Shown: in pieces, positions 40,571 to 48,511 of the stretch
How the letters are laid out: each line of letters begins with the position of its first letter
Position numbering within the stretch: the stretch's first letter is position 1
Assembly: GCA_031362845.1 (NCBI GenBank)
Contig: JANLTI010000202.1
Span: forward strand, 11,420 to 75,419
Source: Gemmatimonadaceae bacterium
Lineage (GTDB): Bacteria > Gemmatimonadota > Gemmatimonadetes > Gemmatimonadales > Gemmatimonadaceae
Direction: 5' to 3'
Length of the DNA stretch: 64,000 bases
Program-made: the position numbers and the translations under genes
The notes under the pieces: model-generated
What the model was told of the DNA's origin: nothing
The model's input: only the letters and a program-made list of their open reading frames with translations
Database searches by the model: none

Positions 40571-41542
40571 ATGCTGCGCATCGTCGCGCGAGCGGCGGTG
40601 CTGTACGTCTGCGTGCTGTCGCTCACGTTCGCGCTCCTGCGTCTTGCTCCGGGCGATCCCTCGACCTTCCTGCTTCCGCCGGGCGCGTCGGCGGCCGACG
40701 CCGTGCGGATGCGCGCCGAGCTCCGGCTCGACCGCCCCGTCGCGGTGCAATATGCATGGTGGCTACGCGGGATGCTGCACGCAGACCTCGGCACGAGCTT
40801 CGCCGACGCCCGTCCGGTGTCCCGAGTCATTGGTGATGCGCTGCCGGTCTCGCTCGCGCTCGGACTCGCATCGCTCCTCCTGTCCTTTCTGGTCGGGACC
40901 ATCGTGGGTCTCGTGCAAGCGGCTCGGCGCGGATCACTGACCGATCTCTCGCTCACCGTGATCACGGTGGTGCTGGCCGCCGCGCCGGCGTACTGGCTCG
41001 GACTCGGGGCGATCGCCACGTTCACGTACCTCGCCTCGACGCTCAACATGCCGATGTGGATGCGCTTGCCGGCCGTGGGCATGACGACACCCGGCGTGGA
41101 GCTGGAGGGCATGTCCCAGCTGGCCGATCTCGCGCGCCACTCCATCCTGCCGGTCGGCCTGCTGGCGGCGATCGGGGCGGCCGGCGTGGCGCGATACGTC
41201 AGAACCAGCGCGCTCGACGTCCTGGCGGCGGACTGGGTGCGCACCGCGCGCGCGAAGGGTCTCGACGAGCGCCACGTCCTCGGCCGACATGTCGTCGCCA
41301 ATCTGCGCGCGCCGTTGATCACGCTGTTCGCACTCGCGCTGCCTGGCACCGTGGCCGGTTCCGTGTTCGTGGAGACCATCTTCGGCTGGCCGGGCATGGG
41401 TCGCGTGATGGTCACGGCGATTGTCGCACGGGACTATCCGGTGGTGCTGGGGTGCGCCGCAGCGTACGCCGCGCTGGTTATCGTCGCCAATCTCGCCGCG
41501 GAGTCGATGCTGCGCTGGGCAGACCCGCGTGTCGGTACATGA
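40571..41542 (+). CDS. ABC transporter permease (DppB/OppB-like)
   Basis: Start at MLRIVARAAVLYVCVLSLTFALLRLAPGDP (classic OppB N-terminus). EAA-loop region ARAKGLDERHVLGRHVVANL. Confidence 0.9.
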   Translation: MLRIVARAAVLYVCVLSLTFALLRLAPGDPSTFLLPPGASAADAVRMRAELRLDRPVAVQYAWWLRGMLHADLGTSFADARPVSRVIGDALPVSLALGLASLLLSFLVGTIVGLVQAARRGSLTDLSLTVITVVLAAAPAYWLGLGAIATFTYLASTLNMPMWMRLPAVGMTTPGVELEGMSQLADLARHSILPVGLLAAIGAAGVARYVRTSALDVLAADWVRTARAKGLDERHVLGRHVVANLRAPLITLFALALPGTVAGSVFVETIFGWPGMGRVMVTAIVARDYPVVLGCAAAYAALVIVANLAAESMLRWADPRVGT

Positions 41543-42417
41543 TCGCGCGCGGGAGGATCCGGTGGCCGATGTCCGAGGGCGCGGTTGCCCTCGCCGTGCT
41601 GATTGCGCTTGCGGTCGCGGTCGTGCTGGTGCCCGCGCTGGCCGACCGCGATCCAATGCGGATCGACGACGTGCTCGCGCGACGACTCGTCGCACCGTTC
41701 GGGCGGGATGCGGGCGGCGCACTGCACGTGCTGGGAACCGACCGGTTCGGACGCGACCTGTTCGTGCGCATGATGCTCGCCGGCCGCTTGTCGCTGCTGG
41801 TGGGCATCGCCGGCGCGGGAATGGCGGGTCTCGGAGGTACGATCATCGGAGCGGTAGCGGGATGGGTAGGCGGCGCCGCCGACCGCGCGCTGATGGGGCT
41901 CGCCGATATCCTGCTCGCCCTTCCGCGCCTGGTGCTGCTGCTTGTCGGCGTGGCGCTGTGGCAGCCCGGCATCGGCACGATTCTCACGGTGCTTGCCGTC
42001 ACTGGCTGGATGGGGATCGCGAGACTCGTGCGGGCCGAGGTCATCGCCGTGCGCGCGCGCCCGTATGTGCCCGCCGCCGAAGCGCTGGGTGCGCGACCGA
42101 TACGCGTGCTCGCACGACATGTCCTTCCCAACGCCATCGGGCCGGCCCTGGTGGCGACGACGCTCGGCGTGGGGAATGCAATCCTGCTGGAAAGCGGGCT
42201 GTCGTTTCTCGGTCTCGGAATTCAGCCGCCCGCTCCGAGCTGGGGCAACATGATTGCCGGCGGGCGCGACCTGCTGGTGGTGGCACCCTGGGTGGCGCTG
42301 GCGCCTGGCATCGCGCTCGTGCTGACGGTACTCGCCGTGAGCGTCCTCGGCGATGCGTGGCGGGATCGCCTGGCCGGTGAGCGCGTCGCGAGGCCAGCGT
42401 CGCTCCTGCGCTTCTAG
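41539..42417 (+). CDS. ABC transporter permease (DppC/OppC-like)
   Basis: ATGA overlap with the previous gene (41539-41542). HVLGTDRFGRDLF and AAEALGARPIRVLARHVLPNA motifs. Confidence 0.9.
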   Translation: MIARGRIRWPMSEGAVALAVLIALAVAVVLVPALADRDPMRIDDVLARRLVAPFGRDAGGALHVLGTDRFGRDLFVRMMLAGRLSLLVGIAGAGMAGLGGTIIGAVAGWVGGAADRALMGLADILLALPRLVLLLVGVALWQPGIGTILTVLAVTGWMGIARLVRAEVIAVRARPYVPAAEALGARPIRVLARHVLPNAIGPALVATTLGVGNAILLESGLSFLGLGIQPPAPSWGNMIAGGRDLLVVAPWVALAPGIALVLTVLAVSVLGDAWRDRLAGERVARPASLLRF

Positions 42418-45056
42418 CGCAGCAGGATGGTGACGATCTCGTACGGCGCCGCCTCGAACGACACCGAGTGTTCGTGCACGTCCAGCGAGTCGAGGGGTGT
42501 TTCGTCGAGTCGCGATCGTACCGCGTCCTGCACCGCACGGCGCAGCGTCCAGCGACCGCGGACGCGCGCATCGCGCTGGTTGACGCAGCGCAGGACGATC
42601 CACCCCTCGCGTTGGGCCGGTGCGGCGGCGCTGAAGGTCAGGCCGTCGCCATGTAGCTCGAGTCCTCCGCATTCGACGTCCTCCAGCAGATTCGAGCGGA
42701 GGGTCTCGCCGACGATGGGATTCAGGACGTCGTCCGCGAGCGCCTGAATCGCTTCGCGCTGCGCCGGCGAGTCGGGGCCGTGCATGGCAAGTGCAAGCCT
42801 CGCCGTGAACGGACCGAGCGATTGCGCTGCCGCCGTATCCGCAGGCCATCCCGCGTGACCCGGCCGCTCTCGCAGATCGGCGCGCGAGAGTATGCCGACG
42901 GTGCGCAGCAGCGTGACGGCGACGGCACCATCGACGAGACTTTCGTACTCGGCGAGGCCGTCGGAGATGACCGTCACGCCGGCGGCGGGAGTGAACCGCG
43001 TGACCCAGCGATGCAACGGCGCCGTGGGAACGAGATGCTCGATGCGTTCTTCCGCTTCGCCAATTTCGAGCGCCTCCCGCGACACGGGGTGAAATGCCGC
43101 GTCCGCGAGGGTCGTCGCGCTCTCGAGCGCCGAGGCCAGTAAAAGCCGCAGCCGATGATCGCCCGAGCGGTTGTTGCCGTCGATCGCGATCCGCACCACG
43201 GGCAGATCCGCGTCGAGCTGGAGGGCAATGCGACACCGACCTCGTCGTCCCGCGGTCGTCGCCGAGAGGTCGAAGTCGATGGCAAGCTCGCCACGCAACG
43301 GACCGCGATGCACGAGGCGCACGCGTCGCACAGTAGGATCGGGCAATGGTTCACGCGGTCCCGGCGTGTACAGGTCGCCGCCTTCCACGGTCTGCTCGAG
43401 CGTCACGAGTCCGTCGATCGCGCGGCCCGTGAGGAGATCGAGCAGGTGAACGGTTCCGTGGTCGTCGACCGATACGCGGAGCAGTCCATTGTCGAGCATG
43501 AGTCCGTCGGCACGCACGGCGTTGCGTACTCCGCCGGGTGAGGAACGGAGCGTCTCACCCGGGCCACCGCGCTGTGCGCGGCTGGCGATGCCGTAGCCCG
43601 CGATGTGGTCGACCCATCCAAGCGCCGTCACGCGAACGACTCGATCGGCGTCGGGATACGCGCGAGGCGATTCGGTGAGCTCGATCTCCTCCACCCGCTC
43701 CACGATCTGCAGGGGGATGCCGTTCACGCGCCATGGCGGAGCGCGGCGAACCGCCGACTGGCGCGCCGCCGAGCCCGGTCCAACGGCAACGTCGGCGAGC
43801 ATCGCGGTCAGCGTGAGATGCGCGACGCCACCGCGCGCGCGCGGCGACGGATTTCGGACGAGCACGACGGGACGCCACGATGAATTGCCGATCGTGCGCG
43901 CCCGTTCGCGATCGTGACCGAGGTGCGCGAGCAACGCATCGTCCCGCAATCCTCTGCCCTGCACGGCCGCCGATCGCATCCGTTCGTCCATCGCGTGCGC
44001 CACCTCGTCGATCGAGGTGCCGCAGAGCGTATCGTGCGGATGCGCGAGCAGCAGCGTACGCCAGGCGGTGCGCAACAGCGCGCGCTGGCCGCCGTTCGCG
44101 TGACTGGGCAGCAGGGCCAACCAGGGTTCGACGTCGCGCACGAGCAGCCGTTCCACGAGCGCATTCCGCCGCTTCTGCGCGGCGCGGCTGGCGAGCGTTC
44201 CCTGGAGTGACCAGCAGTAGCCGTAGGAGTCGCGCAGCTCACCGCGGACGACGGGGACGTCGAGCCCCTGAGCCGAGGTCGCGAGCGCCGACATGGCATC
44301 GCCGAGGCTCGACGACCGAATGCGGATGGGTGCGGCGGCCGCGGCGAGCGCCGCGAGCGCATCGCGCTGATCATGCTGCCGCGCGTGATGATCGGCGCCG
44401 TTGAGGAGAAGGGCGACTCCGGTGACGGCACGCGGTCCGAGGACCGAGACGATCTGCGCCCACCGCGCCGTCGCGTCGTCGGGCGCGGTCGGCAGGGTAC
44501 CGCCGAACTCATACCCGTCCGGTGGGAGGTGATGGAGCAGCACCTCGTGCCCCGACGGCGATCGCCAGCGCACCGTATCGCCCGCGGGCCAGCGCGCGCC
44601 GCCGTATCCGCGCCAGAGCACCACCGTGTCGCACCCGAACTCGCGAGCGAGCGCGGGGAGTGCGGACGGATGACCGAAGGAGTCGGGGCAATAGAGTACG
44701 TCCGGCGGCGACGCGCGCAGTCGTCGCAGTGTCGCGTGGCCGGCGAGCAGATTCCGGACGAGCGCTTCGCCGCTCGGAATGAGCTCATCGGCGAGGACAT
44801 ACCAGGGCCCGGCTTCGAGTCGGCCGTCGCGCAACAGCGCGGAGAGTTCGGCGGCACGTTCGGGACGCACGTCGAGATAGTCGTCGAGCAGGACGGCCTG
44901 GCCATCGAGGAGGAAGCTCTCGCCCGGGCCGGGCGGCTCATCCAGCAGGTCGTCGATCAGCGCGACGAGGCGCTGCCGGAACCGTTCGGCGGGGAGATAC
45001 CACTCTCGATCCCAATGCGTGTGGGCGACGACGTGGACGTCATGTAGGGCGGGCAT
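42414..45056 (-). CDS. glycoside hydrolase family 38 (alpha-mannosidase / mannosylglycerate-hydrolase-like), cytoplasmic
   Basis: N-terminal VHVVAHTHWDREWYL signature. 880 aa, no signal peptide. Confidence 0.88.
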   Translation of the reverse strand: MPALHDVHVVAHTHWDREWYLPAERFRQRLVALIDDLLDEPPGPGESFLLDGQAVLLDDYLDVRPERAAELSALLRDGRLEAGPWYVLADELIPSGEALVRNLLAGHATLRRLRASPPDVLYCPDSFGHPSALPALAREFGCDTVVLWRGYGGARWPAGDTVRWRSPSGHEVLLHHLPPDGYEFGGTLPTAPDDATARWAQIVSVLGPRAVTGVALLLNGADHHARQHDQRDALAALAAAAAPIRIRSSSLGDAMSALATSAQGLDVPVVRGELRDSYGYCWSLQGTLASRAAQKRRNALVERLLVRDVEPWLALLPSHANGGQRALLRTAWRTLLLAHPHDTLCGTSIDEVAHAMDERMRSAAVQGRGLRDDALLAHLGHDRERARTIGNSSWRPVVLVRNPSPRARGGVAHLTLTAMLADVAVGPGSAARQSAVRRAPPWRVNGIPLQIVERVEEIELTESPRAYPDADRVVRVTALGWVDHIAGYGIASRAQRGGPGETLRSSPGGVRNAVRADGLMLDNGLLRVSVDDHGTVHLLDLLTGRAIDGLVTLEQTVEGGDLYTPGPREPLPDPTVRRVRLVHRGPLRGELAIDFDLSATTAGRRGRCRIALQLDADLPVVRIAIDGNNRSGDHRLRLLLASALESATTLADAAFHPVSREALEIGEAEERIEHLVPTAPLHRWVTRFTPAAGVTVISDGLAEYESLVDGAVAVTLLRTVGILSRADLRERPGHAGWPADTAAAQSLGPFTARLALAMHGPDSPAQREAIQALADDVLNPIVGETLRSNLLEDVECGGLELHGDGLTFSAAAPAQREGWIVLRCVNQRDARVRGRWTLRRAVQDAVRSRLDETPLDSLDVHEHSVSFEAAPYEIVTILLR

Positions 45057-45113
45057 GTGCGCTCAACCAACGACGGAATATCGGCCCCGTCAACGTCACG
45101 CCTGAAACGACGA

Positions 45114-45140
45114 AGGGCGGCCCGCAATGCGAGCCGCCCT
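45114..45140 (-). terminator. possible hairpin terminator after the small membrane protein gene
   Basis: AGGGCGGC (45114-45121) pairs with GCCGCCCT (45133-45140). On the minus strand it is followed by TCGTCGTTTCAGG. Confidence 0.4.
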
Positions 45141-45161
45141 CCGAGCACGACGCGCAAGGCG

Positions 45162-45311
45162 TCAGACCACTTTCCGCCCGGTGAGCAGGCGATAGACGAC
45201 GACGATGAGCGCGATGACGAGCAGGACGTGAATGATTCCGCCGCCGACCGGAAACACGAACGCGCCGAGCAACCACAGCACCAGCAGGATTACCGCGATG
45301 GTCCAAAGCAT
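45162..45311 (-). CDS. lmo0937-family small membrane protein
   Basis: Start at MLWTIAVILLVLWLLGAFVFPVGGGIIHVLLVIALIVVVYRLLTGRKVV (49 aa, 2 TM), matching the pattern I recall for this family. Confidence 0.68.
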   Translation of the reverse strand: MLWTIAVILLVLWLLGAFVFPVGGGIIHVLLVIALIVVVYRLLTGRKVV

Positions 45312-45368
45312 CAGGTCAACCTCGAGTAGAGTGTGGTACCGCGGAAGCGAACCCACCCATGGCAACGA

Positions 45369-45842
45369 TCATACCGGACCGGACGATGGAGGGGGCGATG
45401 CAGGCGACGCGGACCCGTTGGCCGGCTCGGCACGGCGCGCCGGACCGGCGACGGCGTGCGTCTGCCGGGCGAGCAGGATGCGGGCGGCGCGCACATCGTG
45501 TCCCACGTCGATGAGCAGGATGGCGAGGTCACCCACCCCCCACAGCAGACCCGCGAGCACGATGAGACGACTCGCTTCGCCGAGGAGCGTCGGGATTGCC
45601 GCCGAGCCTTGCGCGAGTACGCCGGTGACCACTTCCGCCACGAGGAGCAGGCCGAGAATGACTCCCATGAGCTTGAACAGCTTGGAGAGGTAGCGCAGCC
45701 CGACGTACGGCTCGAGGTCGCTCTGACGGATGTCGGGAATCTCGATCGGCTCGCCGTCGGGCTTCAGCGCGTCGCCGAGTCGCTCGATGGGGCTCTTCAC
45801 GGGTGCCACGGCCTTGTCTCTGTCCCGCCGATGTTCGCTCAT
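45369..45842 (-). CDS. hypothetical membrane protein (2-3 TM)
   Basis: 157 aa ORF with hydrophobic helices (LMGVILGLLLVAEVVTGVL, LIVLAGLLWGVGDLAILLI). 1-nt overlap with the upstream M15A gene. No family recognised. Confidence 0.5.
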   Translation of the reverse strand: MSEHRRDRDKAVAPVKSPIERLGDALKPDGEPIEIPDIRQSDLEPYVGLRYLSKLFKLMGVILGLLLVAEVVTGVLAQGSAAIPTLLGEASRLIVLAGLLWGVGDLAILLIDVGHDVRAARILLARQTHAVAGPARRAEPANGSASPASPPPSSGPV

Positions 45843-47095
45843 TATCCTCCTCCTGGTCCACCGACCCAGCGGGCGCGATAGCCTCGCGTGTCGATGTGTA
45901 TGAAAGGACCGTGCCCAGCCGCGGCAGGATAGATGCCGGCGCCCCCGACGAGCTCGGGATTCGACGCCTCGACCCTGTCCACCGCCTGTTGCACGACCCG
46001 GCTGTCCGCGATCGTGATTCTGCCGTCGCGATTGAGATCGTCCATCACGCCGTCCTTGTTGCTATCGATGAATATGTCCGCTGCATCGCCGTACATGTGC
46101 CGGCTCAGTCCGGCGCGCCCGCCGGTGTTGCCCCCTCCCCTGTTGTACTGCGGCGTTCGAAAGCCGCTCATGACCTTCACGCCCGAGACGTCGATGCCCT
46201 GACGCGCCAGCTCGGACAGCACCAACTCGAGCTTGTCGACGTTCCGGAGCTCGAGCACGAGATATTTGGGCCACACGTTCGCCTGATCGTGCGTGAGAAA
46301 ATCGCGCAGCGCGAAGTGATCGGAGACCTTCGTGTCGGCGTTCTCCCTGGTGACTTCGATGAAGCCGGAGGGTGGCAGATAGCGATCGGCCGGTGCCGCA
46401 CGCGGGGCGGACACGCGCCCGCCCGATTCGCCGGGCCAGCTTCCGATGTAGTAGAGTCCCACCTTGCCATCGCGCTTGTCGGTTCGAGGCCGAACGCTGA
46501 TCAGGTTGAAGTCCGTGACCGGCTTGATGGCGTTGCCGATCGCGACCGCGAGCTTCCAGATGCCGGCGCGAGGCGGCGCGGTGGGGGCGCCGACGCCGGG
46601 CCCCTCGAGCTGGAGGTGCGCTCCCTCCGGCAGTGAATCGACATCGAGCGGCGTACCCACCGGACTCATCTTCGCGCGCAACTTTCCGCTGGCTCCACGC
46701 AGCTCCCCCGACAGCGCGAGGAGCGTGGCCTCCGTGAGATAGGCCGCTTTCGATCCGCCCGAGACCGAGAGCGCGCCGGCGACCGACGCGTCCGTCGTCG
46801 ACCCGTCGTCGAGGCGACCGGTGCCGGCCATGACGAAGGTCCACGTCCAGCCAAGGGCGAGCAGCGCGAGCAGGGCGTATCCGCCGAGCTCGAGCAGGCG
46901 CTCGGTGCGCGGCGTGACACCAGCGCGATGCCACCGACTGCGCGGCGGCTCCGGCAGATGCAGTGCGCGATCGGCGGCGTGACGCCATTCGTCGAGGAGG
47001 CCAGTTGACCCGTGATGAGCGGCAGTCGAACTTCCCTCGCTCGTCTCGCCACGCACCCGACGCTCCGCATGCAGACTCTCGTCGATCTCTTTCAT
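45842..47095 (-). CDS. peptidase M15A-like (YcbK/DUF882-type zinc cell-wall peptidase) with N-terminal TM; start uncertain
   Basis: Zn ligand pattern SRHMYGDAAD ... FIHIDTRG. TM LLELGGYALLALLALGWTW. ATG 47095 overlaps the divergent dedA; GTG 47056 is an alternative start. Confidence 0.68.
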   Translation of the reverse strand: MKEIDESLHAERRVRGETSEGSSTAAHHGSTGLLDEWRHAADRALHLPEPPRSRWHRAGVTPRTERLLELGGYALLALLALGWTWTFVMAGTGRLDDGSTTDASVAGALSVSGGSKAAYLTEATLLALSGELRGASGKLRAKMSPVGTPLDVDSLPEGAHLQLEGPGVGAPTAPPRAGIWKLAVAIGNAIKPVTDFNLISVRPRTDKRDGKVGLYYIGSWPGESGGRVSAPRAAPADRYLPPSGFIEVTRENADTKVSDHFALRDFLTHDQANVWPKYLVLELRNVDKLELVLSELARQGIDVSGVKVMSGFRTPQYNRGGGNTGGRAGLSRHMYGDAADIFIDSNKDGVMDDLNRDGRITIADSRVVQQAVDRVEASNPELVGGAGIYPAAAGHGPFIHIDTRGYRARWVGGPGGG

Positions 47096-47731
47096 CAGCT
47101 CACGGACGTCCAGTATCTCGTCCAGGTGGGCGGATATGTCGGGCTCACCGCGATCATCTTCGCCGAAACAGGACTCCTGATCGGATTCTTCCTGCCAGGC
47201 GACTCCCTGCTCGTCACCGCGGGACTCCTCTCGACACAGCCACAGTTCGGACTCAACCTCTGGTTGCTCGGACTGCTGCTGACGGTAGCGGCCATCGTTG
47301 GCAATTCTCTCGGGTACGCGATTGGCCGATTCAGCGGCCCGCGGCTGTTCAGACGCGACGATTCACTGCTGTTCAAGAAAAAACACCTGTTCCGTGCACA
47401 GGCATTCTATCAAAAGCACGGCGGCAAGACGCTCGTCATTGCGCGTTTCATGCCGATCGTGCGCACGTTCGTGCCCGTCGTGGCGGGTATGGCGCAGATG
47501 AATCTGCGCGCCTATACGGCCTACAACGTGCTGGGGGCGGTACTCTGGATCTGGTCGATGCTCTTCGTCGGCTACTTCCTCGGCCGATTCATTCCCGGCG
47601 TCGATCAGCACATCGAGAAGGTGATTCTCGTCGTGATCTTCGTGTCGCTCCTTCCGGGAATCATCTCATGGTGGCGAGAGCGCAATCGGCCCGCCGTCGA
47701 TTCCCCGGTGCGACCCACGACTGACGCCTGA
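47069..47731 (+). CDS. DedA/SNARE-associated family membrane protein
   Basis: Start at [13 protein letters not shown]. Motifs [20 protein letters not shown] and [15 protein letters not shown]. Confidence 0.85.
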   Translation: MQTLVDLFHQLTDVQYLVQVGGYVGLTAIIFAETGLLIGFFLPGDSLLVTAGLLSTQPQFGLNLWLLGLLLTVAAIVGNSLGYAIGRFSGPRLFRRDDSLLFKKKHLFRAQAFYQKHGGKTLVIARFMPIVRTFVPVVAGMAQMNLRAYTAYNVLGAVLWIWSMLFVGYFLGRFIPGVDQHIEKVILVVIFVSLLPGIISWWRERNRPAVDSPVRPTTDA

Positions 47732-47751
47732 CCCAGAACGGAGACCACAGG

Positions 47752-48354
47752 ATGCCGCACACGCTGCCCGCACTGCCCTACGCCACGAATGCCCTCGAGC
47801 CGCACATCGACGCGCAGACGATGGAAATCCATCATGGCAAGCATCACAATGCGTACGTCACCAACCTGAACGCGGCACTCGAGAAGGCGCCCGAGCTCGC
47901 GGACAAGCCGCTCGAGGAGCTCCTCAAGAATCTGAGCGGCGTGCCGGAGGCGATCCGCTCGGCCGTCCGCAACAACGGCGGCGGACATTGGAACCATTCG
48001 CAATTCTGGAAGACGATGGGCCCGGGTGGCGGCGGCGCACCGACGGGGAAGCTGGCGGACGCGATCACCGCGGCGTTTGGTGATTTCGAGAAGTTCAAGG
48101 AGCAGTTCAGCGCCGCCGGTGTCGGGCGGTTCGGATCGGGCTGGGTCTGGCTGGTGAAGGAGGGGGGCAAGCTGGCGATCACGAGCTCACCGAACCAGGA
48201 CAATCCGCTCATGGACGGAAAGGCCGCGCCCATTCTCGGCAACGATGTCTGGGAGCATGCCTACTACCTGAAGTACCAGAACCGCCGGCCGGACTACCTG
48301 AAGGCGTGGTGGAACACGGTGAACTGGGCCGAGGTGGCGAAGCGATTCGGGTGA
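47752..48354 (+). CDS. sodA: Fe/Mn superoxide dismutase (Mn-type features)
   Basis: [49 protein letters not shown]. Confidence 0.95.
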   Translation: MPHTLPALPYATNALEPHIDAQTMEIHHGKHHNAYVTNLNAALEKAPELADKPLEELLKNLSGVPEAIRSAVRNNGGGHWNHSQFWKTMGPGGGGAPTGKLADAITAAFGDFEKFKEQFSAAGVGRFGSGWVWLVKEGGKLAITSSPNQDNPLMDGKAAPILGNDVWEHAYYLKYQNRRPDYLKAWWNTVNWAEVAKRFG

Positions 48355-48426
48355 ACGGGAAATCGTGAATCGTGAATCGTGAATCGTGAACGGTGAGTCG
48401 TGAATCGTGAACGGTGAATCGTGAAC
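48350..48426. repeat. heptad array (11 units of the CGTGAAT / CGTGAAC / GGTGAAT type)
   Basis: Read directly: ggtgaac gggaaat cgtgaat x3 cgtgaac ggtgagt cgtgaat cgtgaac ggtgaat cgtgaac. It starts inside the sodA stop codon. Confidence 0.9.
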
Positions 48427-48427
48427 G

Positions 48428-48465
48428 GCGAGGGGCACACCAGACCTGGTCCGGTGTGCCCTCGC
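48428..48465. terminator. GC-rich hairpin between convergent sodA and the LVIVD gene (candidate bidirectional terminator)
   Basis: GCGAGGGGCACACC ... GGTGTGCCCTCGC: a 13-14 bp stem with one bulged G and an 11-nt loop. Confidence 0.6.
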
Positions 48466-48470
48466 TCATA

Positions 48471-48505
48471 CGGTTCACGTCTCACGGTTCACGGTTCGCA
48501 GTTCG
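48471..48505. repeat. inverted-orientation heptad array (CGGTTCA-type, 5 units)
   Basis: cggttca cgtctca cggttca cggttcg cagttcg. This is the reverse complement of the GTGAACC-type units on the other side of the hairpin. Confidence 0.85.
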
Positions 48506-48511
48506 CAGTAG

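Noticed and set aside
40517-40750. N-terminal extensions of track ORFs (38924..40750, and likewise 36195..39098, 4618..6174, 26246..27046, 25453..26349, 28233..31514, 48512..50743, 50602..51786).
   Set aside because: The extended parts overlap neighbouring genes or are Arg-rich. Internal starts give signal peptides, lipoboxes or Tat motifs and ATGA/GTGA/TGATG coupling with the upstream stop. Shorter coordinates were used.
42414-42417. Shared CTAG where the stops of convergent dppC-like and GH38 genes overlap.
   Set aside because: It is a real overlap but a trivial consequence of TAG being its own partial reverse complement. No functional inference is warranted.
48187-48485. Minus-strand ORFs encoding FTIHDSR/FTVHDSR repeats.
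   Set aside because: They are translation artefacts of the 7-bp array downstream of sodA, and they overlap the 3' end of sodA in antisense.
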